A DNA stretch of 64,000 nucleotides from Scyliorhinus canicula (GCF_902713615.1 NC_052146.1:303506335-303570334); one strand, 5' to 3'. Positions 25,308 through 37,741 are shown, numbered from the stretch's first letter. The notes: generated from the sequence alone by a model not told the origin. A program made the numbers and translations.

Positions 25308-26690
25308 ACTGTTGATGGACCCTTTCTTGCTTGTTCTCTCGTTTTTTTCCTCTCAAACCTGTATATAGTTACTATGCTCTGACTCGACCCTGTACATAGT
25401 TTTCGGGCCAGTGGGCAGCCACTGTTGGAGATGTACGATCCAACATCACTAGTCATACTACCAGTCTCTTACCCACTCGCACAGGACACCCCCCCTTCTC
25501 CATGTCCGCATCCCCCGTACATGCCCCCCCCCCCCCCCCCCCCCCAGTTCCTTTCTCAACAAGGGGTGAATGTAGTAGTATGACTAGGGGTATTACGGTA
25601 CCTAGGAGTGTGAGCTGCCATTGGTGCAGAGGGCTCGCTACCCATTGGCCCAAGTATCGTGTTCTCTGTGTTCCTATTGGCCAAGAGGAAGGTAGCTCCG
25701 CCTATGAGGCGGGGTATAAGAACCCGTGTTCCCCAGCAGCCAGGCCATTTCTGTACGTCTGCTGCTGGGCTCACTTCTTGCTGATTAAAGCCTTTCATTT
25801 CGGACTTCACCTACGTTTCATGTCCATTGATTGTGCATCATCCTTATGAGTCTGTATATGTCTCTAATGGTATAGTTGTGGGTGAAGGGGTAGCGTAATA
25901 TCTTGTTTAATAATTGTTTCATTCTTTTGTTAAAAGTTCTTAAGCAGACTCCTGTGACTCTGTTCAGTATCTACCCTCCACATTTCTAAAGATAAAATAA
26001 AAGTTAGGATCGATCCATCGTGCTGATTTCCACCCTGGGATCTCACTTGTCCAGAGGTCACATCAGCTGTGATCGTAATACCGGAAACTCAGGGTCACGC
26101 TTGCGGACTGAGCGGAGATGTTCCCAAAGAGGTCACCAAGTTTGATCTCCAAAGTGTAGAGGAGACCATGTCGTGAGCAGGGAATACAGAACACTAACTT
26201 AAAGGAAGAACACCTAAATTTACGTTTCACTTGGAAGGTGTGTTTGGGGTCTTAGACACTGTGAAGAGAGGAGAAGAAGGTGTTGCATCTCCTGCACTTA
26301 GACTGAATTAATCCAGAGGTACGGCTGGGGTGTGAGGGTGACAGGAGAATGGACCAGGGTATCACGGAGGGAACAGTCCCTGTGGAAATCCAAAACGGGA
26401 AGACTGGGGGAGATGTATGTTGTTTGGTAAAATTATAGGCGGCAAAACAGAAGATGAGCAACAGACAAAGTTGAGACTCAGTCAGCTGATCTTTGAGCAT
26501 GGGATCCTCCTTTGTAGAAGGGGTCAGAACATCAGAGAATGTGGTTAAAGGCTGTTGTGCACCTCCTAGTGGCCAGATGGAGTATGGCTTACGAAGAGCA
26601 GCTGCAGAGACAGAAGATGCAACATTAGTTCATTCTTCACTGAGTAAGGGGCTATGACGATAATGCTGCTTTTTTCCCTTTGAATTGCAG

Positions 26691-26771
26691 GTTATTCAAG
26701 AGTTAAAAGATGCAGCTAAATACAACAAGCCTATTAATGGATGGTATCACCCCTACGTCGACGTATTTCAG
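26691..26771 (+). CDS. CD109: CD109-like exon (VIQELKDAAKYNKPINGWYHPYVDVFQ)
   Basis: ttgCAG / GTAAGG; matches CD109 VVHELE...AVFQ exon. Confidence 0.88.
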
Positions 26772-26774
26772 GTA

Positions 26775-27150
26775 AGGAGGTGTATGGGGAGGGTGCAGAG
26801 GGACACAGAGAGGGGAATTGAGAGGACTGTGGGCTGGGGTGGGGTGAGGGAGGGCTCAGAATAAGGCAGGGAGGATGTGAGGAGGGTGGTTCGGGTGTGG
26901 GGAAAGTGGAGAAGGTACGGGGAGGTTGTGGAGAGTGCGAAGGATGTGGGGAGAATGAAGGGAGGGAGTGGAGAAGGTGTGGTGAGGGTGGGCAGAGAAT
27001 GGGATGGATGAGGTGAGGGTTTGGGGAGAGGGAGGTGAGGGAGAGGAGGTTCTGGAGGGTATAAGGATAGTGGGGATGAAGTGAGAGAGGGTAAGGGTGG
27101 TGAGGGCAGCAAGGGCACAAAGGATCATGGGAGAGTGTAGAAATGTTGGA
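26775..27150. repeat. GA/GT-rich purine low-complexity tract
   Basis: Dense GGAG/GAGG/GTGG repeats. Confidence 0.7.
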
Positions 27151-27274
27151 GGAGGCCTGTGAAATTTTATTATGTTACTCTATTCCCCCCAAATGCATGT
27201 TCCTGCACTTGATGATTACAAAATTCACAACTATAAAATGCTAATTGAAATGTTTTCTGGCCTTTCATTGATAG

Positions 27275-27329
27275 GACAATGGTTTAATCGTGTTAACAGA
27301 TGCTTATATTCCATACAGGAAGCCGGTCT
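27275..27329 (+). CDS. CD109: CD109-like exon (DNGLIVLTDAYIPYRKPV)
   Basis: gaTAG / GTAAGT; GL.VLTDA motif; phase 0->1. Confidence 0.9.
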
Positions 27330-27579
27330 GTAAGTATAAACATTTCTAAGAAAACTCAGTTTGTGGGGAAATGGAGTTTCCCTTGAAAGTATTATCAAAG
27401 ATGCCCAAATGTGTGCTATTCTGCACACAGCTGCTTTATACTTTGCCAAATAAATATCACCGGAAAGAAAATACACGCCCTCTGAGCGATTTCTGTGTTC
27501 CTCTGTGGCCTTGTGTGAATCCCCTGATTTCCTTCACTCCATCACTGGCAGCTGTGCTTAAAGGTAGCAAACGCTCAGA

Positions 27580-28460
27580 CCATAAGATATAGGAGAAGAA
27601 TGAGGCCATTCGGCCCATCGAGTCCTCTCCGCCATTCAATCATCGCTGATATGTTTCTCATCCCCATTCTCCTGCCTTCTCCCCATAACCCCAGATCCCT
27701 TTATTAATTAAGAACATATCTATCTCTGTCTTAAAGACACTCAGTGATTTGGCCTCCACAGCCTTCTGCAGCAAAGAGTTCCACAGATTCACCACCTGAA
27801 GCAATTCCTCCTCATCTCAGTTTTAAACGATCATTCCTTTAGTCTGAGATTGTGTCCTCGGGTTCTGGTTTTTCCTACATGTGGAAACATCCTCTCCACG
27901 TCCACTCTATCCAGGCCTTACATATCCTGTAAGTTTCAATAAGATCCCCCCTCATCCTTCTGAACTCCAACGAGTACAGACCCAGAGTCCTCAACCATTC
28001 CTCATATGACAAGACCTTAATTCCAGGGATCATTCTTGTGAACCTCCTCTGGACCCGTTCCAAGGCCAGCACATCCTTCCTTAGATACGGGGCCCAAAAT
28101 TGCTCACAATACTCCAAATGGAGTCTGACCAGAGCCTTATATAGCCTCAGAAGTACTTCCCTGCTCTTGTATTCTAGCCCTCTCGACATGAATGCTAACA
28201 TTGCATTTGCCTTCCTAACTGCTGACTGAACCTGTACGTTAGCCTGAAGAGAATCCTGAACTCGGATTTCTAAGGACCTTTGTGTTTCAGATTTCCTGAA
28301 CCTTTCCGCATTTTGAAAATAGTCTATACCTCTATTCTTCCCACCAAAGTGCATAACCTTTCACTTTTCCACATTTTATTCCATCTGCCACTTCTTTGCC
28401 CACTCTCCTAGCCTGTCCAAGTCCTTCTGCAGCTCCCCTGCTTCCCCAACACCTGCGTAC
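27580..28460 (-). mobile_element. CR1 LINE 3' fragment
   Basis: LRLYKALVRLHLEYCEQFWAPYLRKD ORF2 on minus strand. Confidence 0.9.
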
Positions 28461-28838
28461 CATTTTTTATTTTCATTTTCTGACCTGGACTGTGGTTAAT
28501 TCTTCATATTTGCATTTTATAAAGGCGATACATCATTTTAACAGCAATTCTCGTGAAGAGTTTGGTCCTCATCAATTGCGTAATAAATAATGTTTGTACA
28601 ATTAATTTAATAAGACGTAGTTTGTGATATTTAATACCCCTTGTTACGGTCCTGATAAATGTATCTATTTAACATTGTCACCAATTTTAACAGCCAATAC
28701 CTTTTTTCATTTGAACAGTCTAGCCAAGGAGTGGATACTAAACCTTCCTGGTTGCCTAAGAAATGTGACTGAGTTGCATAAATATCTCCTTCGTCCAAGA
28801 ACAGAATCCTCAGCTTCTAAAGAGAGGCTGAAGATTAG

Positions 28839-29028
28839 GGGCTTGATTCTTCGCCCTCCCCCCCCCCCCCACTCGGTGGCGCGCCATTCGCTGGCAGCCG
28901 GTTTCTCTCTCCCTGCCACGTGTCAATGGGATCTCCCATCGCAGCCATCCCACGTCACTGGGAAACCCATGGATGGGGCTGCGCTGTCAGTGGGAAACTA
29001 CAATCCCAACAGGCAGAGAATTCTGGGC
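28839..29028. mobile_element. Short Harbinger-like MITE
   Basis: GGGCTTGATTCTTC...AGAGAATTCTGGGC; TSD TAG/TTG. Confidence 0.6.
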
Positions 29029-29337
29029 TTGCTCTTTATTACAGGCATTTCTGTAATTTTGCCCATGTGTTAGGAGGTTCGGAGAGAACTATGGTTGACA
29101 TCAGCTGAACACAACTTCCTTGTTTCACACAATTCCTCCTTGATGATAATTTAGTTTTGTGTTTTATATGATTTGGAAAAGAACTCGTGGAAAGTTCCAC
29201 CTAGATTTGACCGACTCAAACAATATTCAGTGAGTGCGTATTTTGTTGCATTTCAATCTCACCTTGTCCTCAGCTGCTGAATGAAATGTAAGTGTGACAT
29301 TAACCTGAGGCTAACCTAGTGAATCTACCCTTCACAG

Positions 29338-29461
29338 ACAGCATAGCTATTGAGGACGGCATAGCGTTTAAGACCACGAGCCTTTCGGATAAGGCAGAAG
29401 AGAAGCAGAGAGTCAGAACGTATTTCCCAGAGACCTGGATGTGGTTGGACATGTTGACCGG
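29338..29461 (+). CDS. CD109: CD109-like bait-region exon (YSIAIEDGIAFKTTSLSDKAEEKQRVRTYFPETWMWLDMLTG)
   Basis: ttcaCAG / GTAGGA; VRxxFPETWxW hallmark of TEPs; phase 1->2. Confidence 0.92.
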
Positions 29462-29479
29462 GTAGGAATTCCAAGAGCA

Positions 29480-31700
29480 GAACTGAGCATGATAGCCTTG
29501 TTACTTGACACGAGGAACTAGACAGTCTTGGTCCAAGCAAGGACAAAAGAGTTGAACTCAAGAAGTGAGGTGAGGTGAGACTCACTGCCCTTGACATCAA
29601 GGCAGCATTTGACCAGGTTTGGCGTCAAAAGGTTTGAGCAAAATTAAAGCTCACGGGAATTATGAGGGTGAATCTCCACTGGACATCGTTATATTTAGCA
29701 CAAAGTAAGATGGCTGTAGTTGTTGGAGGTTAATCATAATAATAACAATAATCGCTTATTGTCACAAATAGGCTTCTGAAGTTACTGTGAATAGCCCCTA
29801 GTCGCCACATTCCAGTGCCTATTCGGGGAGGCCGGTACAGGAATTGAACCCGCACTGCTGGCATTGTTCTGCATTACAAGCCAGCTGTTTAGCAGACCGT
29901 GCTAAACCAGCCCAATCACCTCAGTCCTGGGACATCACTGCAGCAGTTCCTCAGGGTGGTGCTTGGCTAAACCACTTTCAACTGCTTCATCAATGACCTT
30001 TCATTAATCACAAGGTCAGAAGTGGGGATGTTTCTTGATGTCTGCAGAATGGTCAGCATCGTTGATGCCTCCTCAGATAATGAAGCAATCTATGTCTATT
30101 TGCAACAAGACCTGGACAACATTTAGGCTTGAGCTGATGAATGGAAAGCAACATTCATGCCACACCAGTGCCAGGCAATGATCATCTCCAACAAGAGAGA
30201 ATATAATCAATGCCCCATGACAATCAATGTCATTACCATTGTTGAATCAACATTCTGGGTTTACCATTGACTAGAAACTGAACTGGACCAACTGTATAAA
30301 TGCTGTGGCTACCAGAGCAGGTCCGAGGCAAGGAATCCTGTGGCAAGCCTGTCCACTATCTACAAGGCACAACTCAGGAGTGTGATGGAATACTCTCCAC
30401 TTGCCTGGATGAGTGCAGCTCCAACAACAGTGGAGGGGCCTCACGGTAGCATGGTGGTTAGCATCAATGCTTCACAGCTCCAGGGTCCCAGGTTCGATTC
30501 CCGGCTGGGTCACTGTCTGTGTGGAGTCTGCACGTCCTCCCTGTGTGTGCGTGGGTTTCCTCCGGGTGCTCCGGTTTCCTCCCACAGTCCAAAGATGTGC
30601 GGGTTAGGTGGATTGGCCATGCTAAATTGCCCGTAGTGTAAGGTTAATGGGGGGATTGTTGGGTTATGGGTATACGGGTTACGTGGGTTTAAGTAGGGTG
30701 ATCATTGTTCGGCACAACATCGAGGGCCGAAGGGCCGGTTCTGTGCTGTACTGTTCTATGTTCTAACACTCAAGAAGCTTGGCACCATCCAGGACAAAGC
30801 AGCCTTGCTTGATTGGCACCCCATCCACCACCTTCAACATCCACTCCCTCTACCACAGTGCACAGTGGCAGCCGTGTGTGGCATCTACAAGATGCACTGC
30901 AGCAACTCACCAAGGTTCCTTCGACAACAACTTCAAAATACATGACTACTACCATCGAGAGAGACAAGGCAGCAGGACACCATTACCTGGAGGTTCCCCT
31001 CCAAGTCACTTACTATCCTGAGTTGGAAATATATCGCTTTTCCTTCACTATTGCTGGATCAAAATCCTGGAACTCACTCCCTAACAGCATTGTGGGTGTA
31101 CCTACAGCACATGGAGTGGTTCAAGAAGGTGGATCACCACCACCTTCTCAAGGGTAACTAGGAATGGGCAATAAATGCTGGATAACTGTGGTGATATGCA
31201 TCACTGTAAATACACAAGGGGTTACTGTAAATACACATAGACTAGCTAGACACTAGAGGGAGCACCAGAGACATGACACACAGACATTCAACCAATAGGT
31301 CCGTAAGATAGGACATGGCCAATGGCCATTCAAGACGCACACAGAGGTGACACTACCACAGGAGGGCATTACACCAACCCATATATATGGACACAGCACA
31401 CATGATCTTCCTCTTTCCAGTGGAGACACTTAGTAAGTACAGACAGGGTTGATTTGAAACACGTCACACCCACCACCTGGATTGTAGCAGACTGGTTCGT
31501 CAGTCTGAGTAGCTATAGCAGGACTAACAGGAGAGTCGAATCCAAGTAGGAGAAGCGTTAACAGTTTAATAAATGTGTTAAAGCTATCTCCAAGTCTGAA
31601 CCTTCCTTTGTCAGAGTGCACATCATGGAAGAAGCTTATGCTACGTCAAGAGCATAACAAAACACTAACCAGCGATGCCCACACCCTGTAAATTAATTTT
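29480..31700 (+). mobile_element. Degenerate L2/CR1-like LINE with nested SINEs (29737-29913 minus; 30436-30764 plus) and solo LTR
   Basis: ALDIKAAFD-type RT region and the same 3' tail as the 9230-14095 element. Confidence 0.75.
31187..31664 (+). mobile_element. Solo LTR, inverted copy of 18047-18522
   Basis: TGTGGTG...ACAAAACA, TATATA and AATAAA motifs; TSD ATAAC/CTAAC. Confidence 0.85.
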
Positions 31701-33064
31701 TTTAATGCTTGTATGATGGTGTTTGGGAGTTCCTGGAATTTAACCCAATAATGATGTATTTCCGGTGTAGGCTGGAGGGGTGTGGTGCAGGTATCAATGA
31801 TAGTTTTCAGCAAGGTCCAGACACAGGGAAAAACCTGTTGACATTTGTCTCCGGAAACCAGTCTAGCAGATACAGCAGTATCCAAGAAAAGTATTCAGTT
31901 CATTCTCCAGATATAGAAGCACAAATAATTTACATGGATGATACCAGTGTGGACTGAGAGATCAGATAGGATAAACATAAATGAGATATTTCCGCTTGTG
32001 CTGGAATCCAAAAGCAGGGATCATGAATATAAGGTCTTCACTAATAAATCCAATGGGTAATTTAAGAGAAATGTCTTTATACAGAGGCTGGGGAAAATCG
32101 CTAACACGGGGAGCGCTTTAAGGGAAAATGAACAGTTGGGGTAACCCCATAATGCTGTCAGGCCAGGGGTTTTGACTCACTGATGGTGACGGATGTATGC
32201 CCAAGTCAAGATGGTGAGTGGTTTGGTGGGGAGCTTGTAGATGGTGGTGTTCCCATTCAGCCGCTGCCCTTGTCTGTCGAGCTGATAGAGACCACAGGTT
32301 TGGCCGAGTCAGGAACAAAAGCAGAAAGCACTTTTTCACTCAAAGGATAGAAGTTTGGAACGCCTTCCCTATAGGAAGCAATGGATTCTGGGACAATTGG
32401 AGCTTTTGGGCCGGTTTATCATCGGGTCAGGGCATGGATTGGCCTGGAGGGTATGATTGTGGGTGGGTGGCGAGGCATGAACTGGCATGGAAAGTGGAAT
32501 GGGCTGGGGAAGCGATCGGATGTGAGGGGTGAGGGCTGGAGGGATTTGTGTTTAACAAAACCACAGGGACAAAGTTCCAGGGAACTGAGGCAGGCCTCTT
32601 AGCCAACCCGCCTTGGTGCCCATGGCCTCTGCAGCCACCTCCAATCTGCATCCAGGGGTGACGTGTCACACATGCCTGCACTCCCCTGCAACACAAATCA
32701 CAATATTTGGGCCACTATTTCCGAAGGTGGGGGTGCCAAATCAGGAACATTCCTGAGTCCAGCTACTCACCTCTAAGATGCAAATCCATCCTTTTAAGAC
32801 TGAGATCTGGTTGCTTCTTATGGGTGACAGTGCCAAGGAAAAATGAAGGAAGTAGGATTGAGGTGCAAGCCAGCCATGATCTAGCTGAATGGTCGATCAG
32901 GTTCAAGGGGCTGGATGGCCTCCTCCTGTTCCTAATCTCCCAGTTCCTTTGTATTAGGACGCCCCGAGAGCATTGCTGTATCAGTTTGATGTTGTTTGTT
33001 AATTCTTTCCATAGGCAAGTCACACTTTATGATCATCATTCTAATGTTATTTTCTTTTGTTTAG

Positions 33065-33182
33065 TTCAAGCTCAACAGTTACCTTGCAGAGAACAGTCCC
33101 AGATTCCCTCACCACCTGGGTCGCCAGTGCTTTCGCCATATCCAAGAGTCAAGGGCTTCAAGTGGCCACTATTCCTGCTCAG
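33065..33182 (+). CDS. CD109: CD109-like exon (SSSTVTLQRTVPDSLTTWVASAFAISKSQGLQVATIPAQ)
   Basis: gttTAG / GTACAG; VPDSxTxW motif; phase 2->0. Confidence 0.93.
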
Positions 33183-33189
33183 GTACAGT

Positions 33190-34155
33190 CAAAGAGACCT
33201 TGGCGTGTTTGGAAATAGACCTCTGAAGGCACAGGAGCAGGTTAATAGGGTGGTGAAAAAGGGATGTGGGGCACGAGCTTCATCAATCATGACATAGATT
33301 ATAAAAGCAAGGGAGTTATGATGGAGCTGCACAGAACTTTGGTGAGGCCACAGCTGGAATAGTATGTGCAGTTCCCGGTCGGCATGTTAAAGGAAGGATG
33401 TGATTACGCTGGAGTGGGTGCAGAGGCACGTTCCCCAGGATGGAACATTTAAGTTATGAAGCGAGGTTGGATAGGCTTGGTGTGGCGCTAACAATTGCTC
33501 ACAAAGACCCGAGGCACGTACAATCGAGGCTTTATTGCTGTGTGATGCTATTCCTCAGGCGGCAGCTGTAGAATAGGATCTCAGTGACTCACACGCCTAT
33601 TTATACACAAGCTCCCTGTGGGCGGAGCTAGCCGGCAGGGGCTTACCGGAGGAACCTGTATTACAGGTACACCCATACATCCCCCTACTGCAAGTACGCG
33701 TATCTACAGTGGTTATATCACCACACTTGGGTTGTTTTCACTGGAGCAGGGAAGGCTGAGGGGTGACCTGATCGAGGGGTACAGGATTATGAGGGGCATG
33801 GACAGGGTGGATAGGGAGCAGCTGTTCACCTCAGTTGGAGGGTCGGTTATGAGGGGACACAGGTTGAAGGTGAAGGGTGGGAGGTTCAGGGTTGATTGGA
33901 GGAAAATATGTTTTGCTCAGAGGGTAGTGATGGTCTGGAATACACTGCCTGGGAGGGTGGTAGAGGCGGGTTGCCACACACCCTTTAAAAATTATCTGGA
34001 TGAGCACTTGGCACGTCTTAACATTCGAAGCGATGGGCCAAGTGTTGGCAAATAGAATTAGGAATGGCAGACCAGGTGCCTTTCATGTGGTGGTGCTGAC
34101 TCGATGGGCCGAGCGGCATTTTCATGACTGTATTTTGCTGCGATTCTCATTCTGT
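33190..34155 (+). mobile_element. CR1 LINE 3' fragment with nested solo LTR
   Basis: LGLFSLEQGRLRGDLIE...RGHRLKV. Confidence 0.8.
33481..33725 (-). mobile_element. Solo LTR (245 bp)
   Basis: TGTGG...CCACA ends; perfect 5-bp TSD CTTGG; TATAAA and AATAAA on minus strand. Confidence 0.85.
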
Positions 34156-34348
34156 GATATATTAAATGTATTTAATCTTATTCATGGGGACATGGGGAGT
34201 GAAGAAGCCCGATTTCAATCCTGCGGTCCACTGACGTGAAGGAGGGTCACTCGTGAGGCCCACTCACCAGCCTGGGTTGTCCATCACTGCTTTAAAAGCT
34301 GTAAAAGTTTCAAACTCCTCATCTCTCAACATAACTTGATGCAAGATA

Positions 34349-34578
34349 GGGCAGCACGGTGGCCTAGTGGTTAGCACAGCTGCCTCACGGCGCTGAGGTC
34401 CCAGGTTCGAATCCCGGCTCTGGGTCACTGTCCGTGTGGAGTTTGCACGTTCTCCCCCCCCGTGTCTGCGTGGGGTTCGCCCCCACAACCCAAAAAATGT
34501 GCAGAGTAGGTGGATTGGCCATGCTAAATTGCCCCTTAATTGGAAAAAATAATTGGGTAATCTAAATTAAAAAAAAAA
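34349..34578 (+). mobile_element. V-SINE (HE1-like) short form
   Basis: Head/V-domain/A-tail; 17-bp TSD ATAACTTGATGCAAGAT. Confidence 0.9.
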
Positions 34579-35062
34579 TAACTTGATGCAAGATCAGTTG
34601 TTAAATTTAATTGCAATGTTGACCGTCCTTTGCTAACTAAAGATATTGAGAGCTAATGGGCAAAAATAGGTATACGGAGTTAGGTCCTAGATCTCAATGA
34701 ATGATGGAATTAGATCGAGGGGCTATTTTCTATGTTTAGTTTCTCATTGAAGGGCAGGGTGCGAAATTCAAACATATCCACAAGATGGCTCCAGAGAAAA
34801 GGATCTGGAGGAAAATATCAGGCATTCCATACACATGTGTTTATTTGTAACACGTACAGACTTTCATTCCCGTTCCACAACAAAAGGCAGAAAAATAAAT
34901 CACAATATCTTGGCTGTTCAAATTGCATGCTGGGTAGAGTGTCAAAAGGAGACATTTCTCGTGGTTCTTGTTTGCCTTCAAATTGTTTCTTAGTTTTACT
35001 TGGGTGTAATCTCCTCCTTCTGCGTAGAATCTCCGCCAACCGCGTACCCCTCACCAATTATC

Positions 35063-36692
35063 TCAATGCTCGCTGTGAGCAGAAAGCCAACACGCCCCGA
35101 CAGCCCCGGACACACCCATATCCACTATCACAGCCTCAGAAATCAGATCGGCCTTCTTTAAATTGAACCCTCGGAAGGCAATGGGTCCTGATGGAGTCCC
35201 TGGCTGTGCACTGAGATTCTGCACGGAACAACTGATGGATGTGTTCGCAGACATCTTCAACCTCTCCCTACTCCATTCCGAGGGTCCCACCGGCTTCAAG
35301 AAGACCACCATCATAGCGGTGCCGAAGAAGAACGAGGCAACGTGCCTCAACAACCACCATCCAGTGACCTTGACATTGATCATTATGAAGTGCTTCGAGA
35401 GGTCAGCCATGAGACCCATCATAGCCATACTCCCAGAATGCCTAGGTCCACTGCAATTTGCATACTGCCACAACCGGTCCACAGCAGACGCCATCTCCCT
35501 GGCCCTACACTCATCCCTGGAGCATCTCAACAACAAAGACTCCTATGTCAGATTCCTATTCATTGACTACAGCTCCACCTTCAACACCACAATCCCAGCC
35601 AAACTCATATCAAAGCTCCAAAACCTAGGACTTGGCTCCTTCCTCTGCAACTGGATCCTTGATTTTCTGACCCACAGGCCACAATCAGTAAGAATGAAGA
35701 ACAACACCTCCTCCTCAATACTGGGGCCCCACAGGGTTGCTTACTTAGTCCCCTACTAAACACTGTATACACACACGACTGCGTGGCACAATTTGGCTCC
35801 AAGTCCATCTACACGTTTGCTGATGACACAACCGTAGCGGGTTGGATCTCAAACAACGATGAGCCAGAGTATAGGAGGGAGGTAGAGAACCTAGTGGTGT
35901 GGTGTAACAACAATAATCTCTCCCTCAACGTCAACAAAACTAAGGAGCTGGTCATCAACTTCAGGAAGCGAAGTATCGTACACACCCCTGTCAGCATCAA
36001 TGGTGCTGAGGTGGAGATGGTTAACAGCTCCAAATTCATAAGTGTGCACGTCATCAATAATCTGTCCTGGTCCACCTAGAAAGCACAACAGTACCGATAT
36101 ATACTTCCTCAGGAAACTAAGGAAATTTGACATGCCTACATTGACTCTTACCAATTTTTACAGATGCACTATCGAAAGCATCCTATCGGGCTGCATCACT
36201 GCCTGGAATGGCAATTGCTCAGCCCAAGACCGTAAGAAACTACAGAGAGTCGTGAACACAGCCCAATCCATCACGTGAAGCTGCCTCCCATCCATTGACT
36301 CTATCTACACCTCCCATTGCCTTGCGAAAGCGGGCAGCATAATCAAAGACCCTTCCCACCCAAGTTATTCTCTCTTCCAACCTTGTTTATCGGGCAGGAG
36401 ATGCAAAAGTCTGAGAACACGCACTAAGAGATTCAAAAACAGCTTCTTCCCCACTGTTACCAGACTCCTGAATGATCCTCTTATGGACTGAACTGATCTC
36501 TCCAGACATCTTCTCTACTGAGTAGTACTACACTCTGTATGTTTCACCCAATGTTTATGTCTATGTATTTACATTGTGTATTTATCGTATGTCCTATGTT
36601 TTTTCATGTATGGACGATCTGTCTGGATTGTACACAGAATAATACTTTCCACCGTACCTCTGTACACATGACAATAAATCTAAATCTAAATC
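35063..36692 (+). mobile_element. 5'-truncated Rex1/Babar LINE (RT remnant)
   Basis: KAMGPDGVPG..L..C.EQL..VF.DIFNLSL, FIDYSSTFNT, FADDTTV; (TCTAAA)n tail. Confidence 0.88.
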
Positions 36693-36707
36693 TTATGTCC
36701 TTTCATG

Positions 36708-37157
36708 GTTGGCATGGTAGCTCAGTGGGTAGCACTGTTGCTTCACATCGCCAGGGTCCCGGGTTCAATTCCCGGCTTGGGTCACTATCTGTGCGGAAGA
36801 AAAAGAGTGCCCCCACAGCACAGGGCCGCCCACCGATCGGTGGGCCCCGATCGCGGGCCAGGCCACCGTGGTCAAATCGCCCCGCGCCCCCCCAGGACCC
36901 CGGCACTCGCCCGTGCCGCCAATCCCGCCAGTCAGGTAGGTGTTTTGATTCCCGCCGGCGGGAGAGACCTGTCAGCGGCGGGACTTCGGCCCATCGCGGG
37001 CCGGAGAATCGCCGCGGGGGGCCCGCCAACCGGCGCAGTGCGATTCCCGCCCCCGCCGAATCTCGGGTGGCGGAGAATTCGGGACACGCCGGGGGGTGGG
37101 ATTGACCCCGCCCCCGGGCGATTCTCCGACCCGGTGGGGGGTCGGAGAATCCCGCCC
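36708..37157. mobile_element. Fusion of a V-SINE 5' end to the 3' half of a Harbinger-like MITE
   Basis: SINE head to ~36796, then MITE internal sequence ending GGAGAATCCCGCCC. Confidence 0.7.
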
Positions 37158-37347
37158 CTGATATTTATCTCCACTAACAGAGTGAGACTGGAAGGATTCT
37201 CCACTCATTGACGCAGTGAAACGTTCACGCCACATGTTAACTGTACATTACTTGAGAGGTGCCTTTAACTGTGTGTTTCATCGCCACTTCAGTGATCTGT
37301 GTTCCTGTGTCTATGTTAACACTACTTTGTTCTTTTTGATTTAACAG

Positions 37348-37461
37348 CTGGAGGTTTTCAAGTCTTTCTTCCTGGAACTGAACCTCCCGTATTCAATAAC
37401 CAGAGGCGAGCAACTTGTTCTGGAAATAAATATCTTCAACTACCAGGAACAGACACTGGAG
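37348..37461 (+). CDS. CD109: CD109-like exon (LEVFKSFFLELNLPYSITRGEQLVLEINIFNYQEQTLE)
   Basis: taaCAG / GTAGCG; FF..LNLPYS..RGE...IFNY motif. Confidence 0.95.
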
Positions 37462-37543
37462 GTAGCGCCTCTAACAGTTTTGATCTCTCACAAGATTGGC
37501 TTAGTATGTTGGAGTTAAAATAAAACATTTAAGCCTTTAAACC

Positions 37544-37726
37544 GGGGCTGGTTTAGCTCACAAGGCTAAATCGCTGGCTTATAAAGCAGACCAAGCAGGC
37601 CAGCAGCACGGTTCAATTCCCGTACCAGCCTCCCCGGACAGGCGCCGGAATGTGGCAACTAGGGCCTTTTCACAGTAACTTCATTGAAGCCTACTCGTGA
37701 CAATAAGCGATTTTCATTTCATTTCA
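37544..37726 (+). mobile_element. Second tRNA-like SINE family
   Basis: GGGGCTGGTTTAGCTCAC head, shared tail. Confidence 0.85.
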
Positions 37727-37741
37727 AATGTCCCGTATATG

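Larger units (their letters stand above)
22309..25840 (+). mobile_element. Ty3/Gypsy LTR retrotransposon (Mag-like gag), internally deleted, non-autonomous
   Basis: LTRs 22309-22573 and 25571-25840 (TG...CA, TATAAG and ATTAAA), TSD TTCTT/TCCTT, PPT AACAAGGGGTGAA; gag, RNase H and integrase remnants. Confidence 0.95.
20720..26430 (-). mobile_element. Fragmented Penelope-like (GIY-YIG) element acting as host for nested insertions
   Basis: Minus-strand pieces at ~21480-21510 and ~20780-20824 read AQCKLEEQY / LIF..., resembling the Penelope C-terminal xRKLEEQHLIFRL; continues after 26080. Confidence 0.5.

Noticed and set aside
29274-29287. Apparent micro-exon (cctCAG|CTGCTGAATGAAAT|GTAAGT)
   Set aside because: 14 nt introduces a stop/frameshift in the required phase and leaves only a 50-nt downstream intron; the frame is already continuous without it.
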